This document shows, piece by piece, positions 20,210 to 29,492 of a stretch of DNA of 64,000 nt. Numbering within the stretch: the first letter of the stretch is position 1; every line of letters starts with the position of its first letter. This DNA comes from an uncultured Clostridia bacterium (lineage in GTDB: Bacteria > Bacillota > Clostridia > TANB77 > CAG-508), in assembly GCA_947627185.1 (NCBI GenBank), contig CANQVF010000006.1, forward strand, positions 3,208 to 67,207, given 5' to 3'. The notes under the pieces were generated by a model. That model did no database searches. It had not been told where the DNA came from and was given only the letters and a program-made list of their open reading frames with translations. The position numbers and the translations under genes were made by a program.

Positions 20210-21013
20210 GTGAAAACTATGTTTGAAAAAGTTAAAGAAAAATATAAAAACAGCGAATATAAAATATTAATTGCAAAAATTATAGATAAGTATAATTTTT
20301 GCAAATTAAAAAATAAAATAACATATACAGATTTTTTAAATATTTCAGAAATATCAATTGCAAAGAAAATATTAGAAGAAGAAAAAATAAAAAATTATGT
20401 TTTTTATGGTGTAAAAGAAAATGCTGATAGAAATATTTTGGTTTTTTATCCTGAGAAATTTTCAAAAGAAATTGTAGAAAAAAATTATGAAGAAATATTA
20501 GAAATTATTAGAATAAAATTACCTAATAATATAAAATATGAACATAGAGAATTTTTAAGCGGAATAATGAAATTGGGAATTAAAAGAGAAAAATTTGGTG
20601 ATATTGTTGTAACTGATTTTGGAGCGGATGTAATTGTTTTTTCGGAAATTTCAAAGGTTTTATTAGAAGACTTAAAAACATTAACTAGATTTAAAAGAGC
20701 TGAAATTAATGTTTTAAATATAAAAGAATTAGTAAATGTTGAACCAGAGTTTGAAAATATACATATAATTGTTTCTTCCTTAAGATTAGATAATTTTGTA
20801 TCTGAACTTGCAAAAACTTCTAGACTGGGTTCACAAGATTTAATAAAAGAAGGAAAAATATTTATAAATTCAATTAATGAATTTAAAGATTCAAAAAAAA
20901 TAAATATAAATGATACTATAACAATAAGAGGAAAAGGTAAATTTATATTTGATTCAATTGAAAAAGAAACTAAAAGTGGAAAATTTTTATTAAATTTAAG
21001 AAAATATAAATAA
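20210..21013 (+). CDS. ylmH: YlmH/Sll1252 family S4-domain RNA-binding protein
   Basis: HREFLSGIM, SSLRLD, ITIRGKGK. Confidence 0.85.
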   Translation: MKTMFEKVKEKYKNSEYKILIAKIIDKYNFCKLKNKITYTDFLNISEISIAKKILEEEKIKNYVFYGVKENADRNILVFYPEKFSKEIVEKNYEEILEIIRIKLPNNIKYEHREFLSGIMKLGIKREKFGDIVVTDFGADVIVFSEISKVLLEDLKTLTRFKRAEINVLNIKELVNVEPEFENIHIIVSSLRLDNFVSELAKTSRLGSQDLIKEGKIFINSINEFKDSKKININDTITIRGKGKFIFDSIEKETKSGKFLLNLRKYK

Positions 21014-21086
21014 TATAATAAAATTTTTAGTATTAAAAATTTTAAAACAATTTTAATTTAATATTAATAATATTTTGGAGGATTTT

Positions 21087-21479
21087 ATGGAAAATTTAGA
21101 GAAAGATATTATTTTAGCAAATGAGGTTCAAAAAAATTCTTATTCACCTTATTCAAATTTTAAGGTAGGAGCAGTGTTAACTACTAAATCTGGAAAAAAA
21201 TATACTGGGTGTAATATTGAAAATGATGGCATACAATCAATTTGTGCTGAAAGAGTAGCTTTTTGTAAAGCTATTTCAGAAGGGGAAAAAGAATTTGAAA
21301 GTATCTTAGTTGTAGGTGGGAAAAATGGTGAAGAAAATGAAAAATGTTTACCATGTGGATATTGCAGACAATTTATGAGCGAATTTATAAATAGTAATTT
21401 CAAAATATATAATTCTTATGGAAATAAAATAGATGAATATAAAATAGAAGATTTGTTACCAAATTCTTTTAATTTATAA
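21087..21479 (+). CDS. cdd: Cytidine deaminase
   Basis: YSPYSNFKVGA, CAER, PCGYCRQ; SD GGAGG before ATG 21087. Confidence 0.95.
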   Translation: MENLEKDIILANEVQKNSYSPYSNFKVGAVLTTKSGKKYTGCNIENDGIQSICAERVAFCKAISEGEKEFESILVVGGKNGEENEKCLPCGYCRQFMSEFINSNFKIYNSYGNKIDEYKIEDLLPNSFNL

Positions 21480-21512
21480 AAAAACTCTTTGCTAAAGCAA
21501 AGAGTTTTTTTT
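21478..21512. terminator. Bidirectional terminator
   Basis: AAAAAACTCTTTGC-TAAA-GCAAAGAGTTTTTT between convergent genes. Confidence 0.85.
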
Positions 21513-21518
21513 ATAAAT

Positions 21519-22526
21519 TTATTTTTCTAAATCATCATTAGTTTTAGATGTATCTGTTTTACTAACTTTATTTGGTATTCCAGATGAAATACTATCACCG
21601 AAAAATTTACCTTTGTGATATTCAAATTCTTTTCCTGCTAAATGAGAAGTATCATTATAAATTTTTTCTAAACCAGATAAAGTTAAATTTTCATAGTCTA
21701 AACTATATTCATTATCAAAACTTTGAACAATATCAGAGTCGAAATTCATAACGGTTTTATTACTTTCACCTTTTTCATCTTCATAAAAAATAGTGCAAAA
21801 ATTTTCAGGATGTGGCTCAGGAGCATCATCAGCTAAATATTTATTAGCAACTTTATCGTATTTTGTTTCAACACAAATAACTTTTAAGTCTGGATTTTTC
21901 TCTTCAAAGGCCTTAGTTACTAAATCTGAAATAACATCATCAATAACAAAATCTAATTCTGATTTGATTTCAGAAAGCGTTTCTTTACTTGGTTCAATTC
22001 CTAAAGACTTAACACGCTCTATTGCATTTTTTATATTATTTAATTCATCTTGTGTATTTTTACTAACTAATATGTTGTAACCTTTTTCTTGATTATAATC
22101 TAAAGAAAGATTTTTTTCTATTATTTTATTTTTGGCATAAGAACCGCCAACACCTAATAAAGCCATAGAAGCTAATAAACCACAAATTAGCCTTCTATGT
22201 AGTTGTTTTTTTCTTGCAATATATTTTTGATGACTTTTATTTTTTCTAATAGTAGCTTGCTTATCGATTGTTGCTCCACAAGATTTAGAAGTTATTTTAC
22301 TTAAATCAGATGATACCACATTTTTGTCAACATGACTAATTTGTCTGCTTGCTTGACGAGCTTTAATAGATGTTTCAAAAGCAACGGAGTTTGCAGAACT
22401 TGTTGCGATTCTAGATTGAAAATTTTTAGTTGAATCATGTGAATTCATATAAGTGTTTAATTCTTCAAATTTTTTCGAGTCTTTATATTTATTTAAATCT
22501 ACAATATTATCATCATTATTGTTCAT
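21519..22526 (-). CDS. Hypothetical single-pass membrane protein
   Basis: 335 aa; basic stretch, central TM, acidic C-terminal domain. Confidence 0.7.
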   Translation of the reverse strand: MNNNDDNIVDLNKYKDSKKFEELNTYMNSHDSTKNFQSRIATSSANSVAFETSIKARQASRQISHVDKNVVSSDLSKITSKSCGATIDKQATIRKNKSHQKYIARKKQLHRRLICGLLASMALLGVGGSYAKNKIIEKNLSLDYNQEKGYNILVSKNTQDELNNIKNAIERVKSLGIEPSKETLSEIKSELDFVIDDVISDLVTKAFEEKNPDLKVICVETKYDKVANKYLADDAPEPHPENFCTIFYEDEKGESNKTVMNFDSDIVQSFDNEYSLDYENLTLSGLEKIYNDTSHLAGKEFEYHKGKFFGDSISSGIPNKVSKTDTSKTNDDLEK

Positions 22527-22839
22527 TTTTAATTACCTCACTTAATAAATCAGAAGCATTTTTAAATTCATTAAAATTTTGAGAGAAAAATTCATATTTT
22601 TTAAACAAATCTAATTCTTCCTTTGAATAATCTTCTTTTATAATAAAATCAAATTTTCCTTGAGAAGCCAATGACAAAGGTTTAGAATAAAAATTTGCAA
22701 TATCCTCAGCTGTTTGTAATGATGGATGAATGTTAGCAAGTTTTGAATATAACTTACAAAGCTTTGAATAGTAATTTAATTGCTCAACATATAAAGCTTT
22801 TTGATATATTAAAATATTTTTTTTAGAATTTAATTTCAT
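22516..22839 (-). CDS. Hypothetical protein
   Basis: SD GGAGG before ATG 22839; overlaps start of the next gene. Confidence 0.65.
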   Translation of the reverse strand: MKLNSKKNILIYQKALYVEQLNYYSKLCKLYSKLANIHPSLQTAEDIANFYSKPLSLASQGKFDFIIKEDYSKEELDLFKKYEFFSQNFNEFKNASDLLSEVIKNEQ

Positions 22840-22960
22840 TTTTTCCCTCCATAACACTTTAATTATAACATAATTTTAGTTTTAAAATATAAAGTAACTA
22901 AAAGGAAATATAAAAGTAATAAAAATGTAATAAAAAACCTAAATTTCATTTGTAAAATAA

Positions 22961-22989
22961 TTGACAAAAAAAATATTTTAATAGATAAT
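22961..22989 (+). promoter_or_regulatory. SigA-type promoter of glgP
   Basis: TTGACA-N17-GATAAT. Confidence 0.7.
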
Positions 22990-23045
22990 TATTAATATGG
23001 ATAACAAAGGATAATAAATTAAAATTACGAAGGAGGATATCTTAA

Positions 23046-25607
23046 ATGTATATATTCAATAGGGTTACAGTAGTGCCACAATTACCACAAAGAATTAGCA
23101 AATTATCAGAAATTGCAAATAATTTATGGTGGTCTTGGAATACAGAATTTTTAAGATTATTACAAAAAATTGATAAAGACTTATGGGAAATGTGCGAAAA
23201 GAATCCAGTTAAATTTTTGAAGATGATTAGTCAAGAAAAAATAGAAAAAATAGTTCATGATGAGTCATTTTTACGTGAATATGATAAAGTTGTTGAAAAT
23301 TTTCAAAATTATATGAAAAGCAAAGACACATGGTTTAATAAAAATTACACAAATAATAAAAATGATTTAATTGCTTATTTTTCAGCTGAATATGGTTTAG
23401 ATGAGATAGTTCCAATTTATTCTGGAGGACTAGGTATTTTGTCTGGTGATCATCTAAAATCAGCAAGTGATTTAGGATTACCATTTGTTGCAATAGGATT
23501 ATTATATAAAAATGGTTATTTTCATCAAAGAATAAATTCACGTGGTGAACAATGTTCAGAATATTATAATATAGATTTATATAATCTACCTATTTTACCG
23601 GTTAAAGATAATATGGATGATGATATAATAATAGATATTCCATTAGATGGAAAAACTTTATATCTAAAATTATGGCAAATTAATGTTGGAAGAATAAAAT
23701 TATACTTATTAGATTCAGATATTGAACAAAATGATGAAGATTTTAGAAATATAACTCTTCGCTTATATGGTGGAGATAAAGAAATGAGAATACGTCAAGA
23801 AATTGTTTTAGGTATGGCAGGAGTTAAAGCTCTAAAAACATTAGAATATTCTCCAACAGTATATCATATGAATGAAGGACATTCTTCTTTCTTAATATTA
23901 GAACTTATTAAAAATATTATGGAAGAAAAACAAGTATCTTTTGAAATAGCAAGAGAAATAGCTACAGTTCAAACTGTATTTACTACTCATACACCAGTTC
24001 CAGCTGGAAATGATATTTTTGATATAAGTTTAGTAGAAAGATATTTTAATGGCTTTTGGGATAAATTAGGAATAACAAAGGAAGAATTTTTAAAATTAGG
24101 TATGCCTGGAGAAGATTTAGAACCAGGATTTAATATGGGAATTCTTGCTTTAAAAGTAGCAGGCAAGAAAAATGGTGTAAGTAAATTACATGGCGAAGTA
24201 TCTAGAGAATTATTTAGCGATGTTTGGCCAAATATTGCAGAAGATGAATCACCAATTACTTATATTACAAATGGTATTCATACATGTACATGGCTTGCTC
24301 CAAACATTAAAGAATTATATAACGAATATTTACCACCATATTGGCAAGATAATATTCAATTTAATTCTACTTGGGAAAAAATAGATAATATACCTAATGA
24401 AAAATTATGGGCAGCACATATTGAAAGAAAAGAAAAATTAATTAAGTTAATTAAAGAAAATGTTACAGAAAGATATGTAAAAAGTGGTATAGGATATGAT
24501 CAAATAGCAGAAATTGTAAATCAACTAAATCCTAAGGCTCTTACAATTGGTTTTGCTAGAAGATTTGCTACTTACAAAAGAGCAACATTAATTTTTAAAG
24601 ATATTGCTAGATTAACTCAAATATTAAATGATGAAAAAAGACCAGTTCAATTAGTATTCGCAGGAAAAGCACATCCAGCTGATAAAGAAGGACAAGATTT
24701 AATAAAATATATACATGAAATTTCTTTAATGCCACAATTTAAAGGAAAGATCTTTATTTTAGAAAACTATAACATAGGTATTTCTAGATATTTAGTAAGT
24801 GGAGTAGATGTTTGGCTTAATAATCCTAGAAGACCTATGGAAGCATCAGGTACTTCAGGAGAAAAAGCTTCTGTAAATGGAGTTGTAAATTTTAGTGTTT
24901 TAGATGGTTGGTGGTGTGAAGGTTATACAGGCACAAACGGATGGACTATTGGAACAAATGCTAGATATGATTCTTATGAAGAACAAGATAAAGCAGATAG
25001 TAATAGTTTATATCATACTTTAGAAAATAGAATTATACCAACTTATTATAATCAAGATAAAGATGGTATTCCAAAAGATTGGATTTCATATATGAAAAAT
25101 TCTATAAAAACTACTGGTGGAAAATACAGTACAGCTAGAATGGTTTCAGAATATGTAGATGAATTGTATATACCTTTATGCAATTTAAGAAAAGCATATT
25201 TTGAAGACCTATCAAATGTAATTGAATTTGCAAAATGGAAGAAAAATGTAAAACAAAATTGGGATAAAATAGAACTTGTTCAAGACAGAAATGTTGATAA
25301 TGCTAAATTAGTAGCAGGAACACAAATAACTGTAAATTGTAAAGTTTATTTACCTAATATAGATGAGTCTAATGCAGATGTTCAAGTATATTTTGGACAA
25401 TTTTTAGAAAATGGAACTGTTAGAAATGTTTATACTGAAACAATGAACAAAATTGAAGAAAATAAAGAAGAAAATACTTGCACATATGAAGCAGTATTAG
25501 AATTAAAAACAGGTGGAAATTATGGTTATACTTTTAGAGTTATGCCAAAACACCCAATGTTAGTAGATTCAGAAAATTTAAATCTAGTTAAATGGATAAC
25601 AAAATAA
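23046..25607 (+). CDS. glgP: Alpha-glucan (glycogen/maltodextrin) phosphorylase
   Basis: YSGGLGILSGD, HMNEGH, PLP motif EASGTSGEK. Confidence 0.96.
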   Translation: MYIFNRVTVVPQLPQRISKLSEIANNLWWSWNTEFLRLLQKIDKDLWEMCEKNPVKFLKMISQEKIEKIVHDESFLREYDKVVENFQNYMKSKDTWFNKNYTNNKNDLIAYFSAEYGLDEIVPIYSGGLGILSGDHLKSASDLGLPFVAIGLLYKNGYFHQRINSRGEQCSEYYNIDLYNLPILPVKDNMDDDIIIDIPLDGKTLYLKLWQINVGRIKLYLLDSDIEQNDEDFRNITLRLYGGDKEMRIRQEIVLGMAGVKALKTLEYSPTVYHMNEGHSSFLILELIKNIMEEKQVSFEIAREIATVQTVFTTHTPVPAGNDIFDISLVERYFNGFWDKLGITKEEFLKLGMPGEDLEPGFNMGILALKVAGKKNGVSKLHGEVSRELFSDVWPNIAEDESPITYITNGIHTCTWLAPNIKELYNEYLPPYWQDNIQFNSTWEKIDNIPNEKLWAAHIERKEKLIKLIKENVTERYVKSGIGYDQIAEIVNQLNPKALTIGFARRFATYKRATLIFKDIARLTQILNDEKRPVQLVFAGKAHPADKEGQDLIKYIHEISLMPQFKGKIFILENYNIGISRYLVSGVDVWLNNPRRPMEASGTSGEKASVNGVVNFSVLDGWWCEGYTGTNGWTIGTNARYDSYEEQDKADSNSLYHTLENRIIPTYYNQDKDGIPKDWISYMKNSIKTTGGKYSTARMVSEYVDELYIPLCNLRKAYFEDLSNVIEFAKWKKNVKQNWDKIELVQDRNVDNAKLVAGTQITVNCKVYLPNIDESNADVQVYFGQFLENGTVRNVYTETMNKIEENKEENTCTYEAVLELKTGGNYGYTFRVMPKHPMLVDSENLNLVKWITK

Positions 25608-25612
25608 AGTTA

Positions 25613-25650
25613 AAAATAGAGTATATTTTCTAATATACTCTATTTTTTTT
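25613..25650 (+). terminator. Intrinsic terminator of glgP
   Basis: AAAAATAGAGTATATT...AATATACTCTATTTTTTTT. Confidence 0.85.
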
Positions 25651-25680
25651 ATAAAATTTAAAAAAAATATAAAAAAATAC

Positions 25681-25709
25681 TTTACAAATAAAAAATATCG
25701 TGCTATAAT
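25681..25709 (+). promoter_or_regulatory. Strong SigA-type promoter
   Basis: TTTACA-N17-TATAAT with extended TG; predicted +1 near 25717. Confidence 0.8.
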
Positions 25710-25716
25710 CTCACCC

Positions 25717-26010
25717 AAGTTAAATATTTTTAACTACATTTATATCTAAATAAATACTATTCTAGTATTTATGTTTTCCAGATTATTAAAATTAAATATA
25801 TTAAAATTAAAATTTTTGTTATGCCCCAAATCAATCATTTTTAATAGATTTATTTCTATTAACTTATTTCTATGCTTTGAACTTACTTAAATTTTTAAGT
25901 AAAATCCAAATTCAGAGATAGTATTATTTAATTTAAATTCAGAAAATAATTGTTTATTTTTGCCCCTAAATAATTATAAATAAGATTTGTAGTTTAAAAA
26001 TATTTAACTT
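25717..26010 (+). ncRNA. Candidate about 294-nt structured leader or ncRNA of unknown family
   Basis: Starts at the predicted TSS; 22-bp closing stem 25717-25738/25988-26010; three perfect internal hairpins; two TGCCCC motifs. Confidence 0.55.
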
Positions 26011-26035
26011 TAATTTAAAAAAAGGAGGTTAAAAA

Positions 26036-26593
26036 ATAAAAAGAATTATTGGAATTTTATTTTGTATAACTGTAATTATTATATCTTTTTCCACAGGTTA
26101 TATATTTGAAAAATCATATAAATCAAATAAAAAATTAATAACTAATGTTGCTAAATGGTCTTTTAATTCTAATAATACAGAACAAATAATTAATTTATCT
26201 CAAGAAAAAATATTGCCAGGGTCAAAAGGAAATTTTAAAATAGAAATAGATGCAACTGGCTCTGAAAGTGAAATAAATTATCAAATAATTGTATTAGAAG
26301 AAAAAAATATTCCAAAAAATTTTGAATTTTATGCAGAAATTTATAATGAAAAAAATGAAATGATTGAAAAAACAGATAAATATGAAAATCTTTCTAATTT
26401 AGCTAAAGAAAAACTTTTTGGAAATATAAGCTTAGAGAAAAATAATCAAAAAAGAAATATAATTATTTATTGGAATTGGAAAGATGAGCAAAATGATATT
26501 TTTTTGGAAATGAAAGATGGAACCATTTCCTTAAATGAAAATTCATCTTTAGAAAGTGGTTTTTGTATTGAAATTATAGGTAAACAAATTTAA
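26036..26593 (+). CDS. Secreted protein, SipW-substrate/TasA-like; probable ATA start
   Basis: SD AAGGAGG then in-frame ATA; signal-like N-terminus, VAKWSF, LPGSKGNFKIEIDATGSE. Family call is from motif resemblance only. Confidence 0.6.
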   Translation: MKRIIGILFCITVIIISFSTGYIFEKSYKSNKKLITNVAKWSFNSNNTEQIINLSQEKILPGSKGNFKIEIDATGSESEINYQIIVLEEKNIPKNFEFYAEIYNEKNEMIEKTDKYENLSNLAKEKLFGNISLEKNNQKRNIIIYWNWKDEQNDIFLEMKDGTISLNENSSLESGFCIEIIGKQI

Positions 26594-26677
26594 TTCTAAT
26601 AATAATACAAATGATAATTAATTACCTTTTTATAAAAATAAATTTTAAATTATAAATTCATAATTAAAATCTTATAA

Positions 26678-26782
26678 ACTTTATGTATTAAAGGTGGCAT
26701 GTAGCCACATGCCACTTAAAATTTTCTATTAAGAGTATAAAGATGTATTTTTAATAGAGAATTTTAAGAAATTATATAAAGT
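26678..26782 (+). ncRNA. Candidate intercistronic structured RNA (three-stem junction)
   Basis: P1 26678-87/26773-82; P2 GTGGCATGT-AGCC-ACATGCCAC; P3 24 bp with four G-U pairs. Confidence 0.55.
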
Positions 26783-26799
26783 ATTTATATGGAGAGAAA

Positions 26800-27285
26800 A
26801 TGAAAAACATAAAGAAAAAAGTTTTAATTTTATTGGTTATATTTACTTTAACAATACTACCAATAAATTCTATAGCAAAATATTATGAGGAAATTAAAAA
26901 TATTAAATTATATTTTTATTTAGCTAAACCTATTTTAAAAATTGAAAAATCCCAAAATACAATTATAAAAGAAATATCAAGAAAGAGTGAAATAGAAAAT
27001 TTTTATTTTACAATAAAAAATTATGAATTAATAAATAATGAGAAAGTAATTTCTGAAGTTCCATTTTTTATTGATTTAGAACTTAATAATTCAAATAAAA
27101 ATTTTCCAATAGAATATAAAATTTATGATTGTGATACTGGAAATGAAATAAAAAATAAAATTTTTGTTGATAAGAATATTGAATTCGAAAAAAGATTAAA
27201 AATTATTGCTGTTTGGAATAAAAATCCCCCAAATAGTGAGTATAATGAAACTAATATAATTTTTAATGTAGAGCAAGCAATATAA
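26800..27285 (+). CDS. Secreted protein with signal peptide ending SIAKY
   Basis: Basic-hydrophobic N-terminus, AKY and AKP motifs, SD GGAG. Confidence 0.7.
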   Translation: MKNIKKKVLILLVIFTLTILPINSIAKYYEEIKNIKLYFYLAKPILKIEKSQNTIIKEISRKSEIENFYFTIKNYELINNEKVISEVPFFIDLELNNSNKNFPIEYKIYDCDTGNEIKNKIFVDKNIEFEKRLKIIAVWNKNPPNSEYNETNIIFNVEQAI

Positions 27286-27331
27286 AATTTTATAAGAATA
27301 AATTGAATTAAAATTTAGAAAAGAGAAAAAT

Positions 27332-27547
27332 ATGAAAAGTATATATTATCAATTATCTTTTAGAATATTAATTGTAATTATTTTTTTAATAATGATTATT
27401 ATAACTACCTTTAATATAGGAAAAAAATTTTATTATATTAAAAATACATTACAAAATAGCGAAAAAATTTATTACAAAACAGAAATTGCAAAATGGAATT
27501 TTAATGTAAAAATTTCAGTAGAAGAAGAGGTATTTAATTATGAGTAA
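27332..27547 (+). CDS. Small membrane/secreted protein (IAKWNF motif)
   Basis: Shares AKWxF with the 26036 product. Confidence 0.6.
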   Translation: MKSIYYQLSFRILIVIIFLIMIIITTFNIGKKFYYIKNTLQNSEKIYYKTEIAKWNFNVKISVEEEVFNYE

Positions 27548-27749
27548 AAGAATTTATATAATAATATTTATTGTTATATATTTATTTATAATATTGCAAA
27601 CAGAGGTTTATGGTATTTATAAAATGTCATACAAAATATTAGCATATAAGATAAAAATTAAACAAGAAGAAATACAAGAAGTACAATTAGAAGAAATACA
27701 AGAAAATGAAGAAAATACTGATGGTTTTATAGTAGAAATTCATAAATAG
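27540..27749 (+). CDS. Small secreted or membrane protein
   Basis: SD GAGG, hydrophobic N-terminus, overlaps the previous stop. Confidence 0.55.
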   Translation: MSKRIYIIIFIVIYLFIILQTEVYGIYKMSYKILAYKIKIKQEEIQEVQLEEIQENEENTDGFIVEIHK

Positions 27750-27780
27750 CAAATATTACACATATTTAAATTATTTTGGC

Positions 27781-27809
27781 TTGTGAAAAAAATTTATAAA
27801 TGGTATAAT
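27781..27809 (+). promoter_or_regulatory. SigA-type promoter
   Basis: TTGTGA-N17-TATAAT with extended TG. Confidence 0.6.
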
Positions 27810-27889
27810 ATATAATATTTTAAAATAATTATCATTTAAGAAAGGAGTGTATGATTATTTAATTTTTTTAAATATCATACAGAAAATAA

Positions 27890-28750
27890 ATGTTATTTTC
27901 ACAGCACAAAATGAAAACATATGCATTTGTTGGACCTTCTGGTACTGGTAAAAGTTATAGAGCGCAGATGGTAGCAAATGAAAGAGGAATAAATTATATT
28001 ATTGATGATGGATTATTAATATCTGGTAATGAAATATTAGCTGGAATTTCTGCTAAGAAAGCACCTACAAAGATAGAAACTGTTAGAAATGCATTATTCC
28101 AAAGTGAAGAACGAAAAAAAGAAATTCAAGATGTAATAAAAAAAAGAAAACCAGATAGCATTTTAATATTAGGAACTTCTGATGAAATGGTAAAAAAAAT
28201 TGTGGAAAATTTAGGATTTGAACCAATTACAGAGACAATATATATAACAGATGTTGCAACAGAAGAAGAAATGGCAATGGCAAGGGATATAAGGGTACAT
28301 CAAGGAAAACATGTTATACCTGTTCCTACTTTTGCATTAAAAAAAGATTTTTCTGGATATTTATTAGATCCACTTCAAATTTTTAAATCAAAAGGAAAAG
28401 GAAAGGCACCATATATTTCTGAAAAATCTATTATAAGACCAACTTTTAGTTATATGGGAAATTTTAAAATTTCAGATACAGTTTTTAAACAAATTATTGA
28501 TTGTGTAGTAGAAAAAAGTGAAAGTGTTCATAAAATTCATAGGGCTATTATAAAAAAACACGAAGAATTAAATGATGGTATATATATTTATATAGAAGTA
28601 ATTATTAATTATGGTTACAATGTTAATGAAACAATGCAAATTTTAAAACAAAAAATTATTAAGGAAATAGAAAAAATGACTTCTATGAATGTACTTGGTA
28701 TGGAAATTGTAGTTAAAGGTGTAAATTTAAATGAAAATATAAATAAATAA
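27890..28750 (+). CDS. P-loop domain + Asp23/Gls24-like domain protein
   Basis: GPSGTGKS, IIDDGLLI, GKHVIPVP; Asp23-like C-terminus. Confidence 0.8.
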   Translation: MLFSQHKMKTYAFVGPSGTGKSYRAQMVANERGINYIIDDGLLISGNEILAGISAKKAPTKIETVRNALFQSEERKKEIQDVIKKRKPDSILILGTSDEMVKKIVENLGFEPITETIYITDVATEEEMAMARDIRVHQGKHVIPVPTFALKKDFSGYLLDPLQIFKSKGKGKAPYISEKSIIRPTFSYMGNFKISDTVFKQIIDCVVEKSESVHKIHRAIIKKHEELNDGIYIYIEVIINYGYNVNETMQILKQKIIKEIEKMTSMNVLGMEIVVKGVNLNENINK

Positions 28751-28785
28751 ATAAAGCACTAAAAAATATTAAAAGGAGTATATTT

Positions 28786-29469
28786 ATGGCTTTTGTTGTT
28801 GCAATAGATGGACCAGCTGGTAGTGGAAAAGGAACTATTACTAAAATAGTTGGAGAAAAAATGAATTTAGTAAATATAGATACAGGCGCAATGTATAGAT
28901 GTGTTACTTTAGAATGTTTGAATAAAAATGTTAAAGAAAGTGATATAGATAAAATTTTAGAAATTTTAGAAAATATAAATATTGAATTAAAAAAAGAAAA
29001 AGGTGAAAATTTAGTATTTTTAAATGGAAAAGATGTTACTGAAGAAATTAGAACAACAAAAGTAAACGAAAATGTTGCAAAATTTGCTGCTGTTAAAGTA
29101 ATAAGAGATAAAATAACTCCAATGCAAAGAAAAATGGGAGAGATACAAGATGTAATTATGGAAGGAAGAGACATTGGAACAGTAGTTTTTCCAGATGCTG
29201 ATGTAAAAATATTTTTGGATTGTTCTTTGGAGGAAAGAGCAAATAGACGTTATAAACAAAATATACAAAAAGGAATAAATTCAAGTTATGAAGAAGTTTT
29301 AGAAAGTATAAAACAAAGACATAAATTAGAAACAGAAAGAGATGTTGCTCCTTTCGTAAAAGCGGAAGATGCTATATATGTAGATAGTACAAATTTAACT
29401 ATTGAAGAAGTTACTGAAAAAATTATAGAAATTATTTCTAAAAAGAAATTAGAAAAAAATAATGAATAA
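28786..29469 (+). CDS. cmk: Cytidylate kinase
   Basis: AIDGPAGSGKGT, DTGAMYR, MEGRDIGTVVFP. Confidence 0.97.
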   Translation: MAFVVAIDGPAGSGKGTITKIVGEKMNLVNIDTGAMYRCVTLECLNKNVKESDIDKILEILENINIELKKEKGENLVFLNGKDVTEEIRTTKVNENVAKFAAVKVIRDKITPMQRKMGEIQDVIMEGRDIGTVVFPDADVKIFLDCSLEERANRRYKQNIQKGINSSYEEVLESIKQRHKLETERDVAPFVKAEDAIYVDSTNLTIEEVTEKIIEIISKKKLEKNNE

Positions 29470-29492
29470 AACTTAAAAGTTAAGAGGTATAT

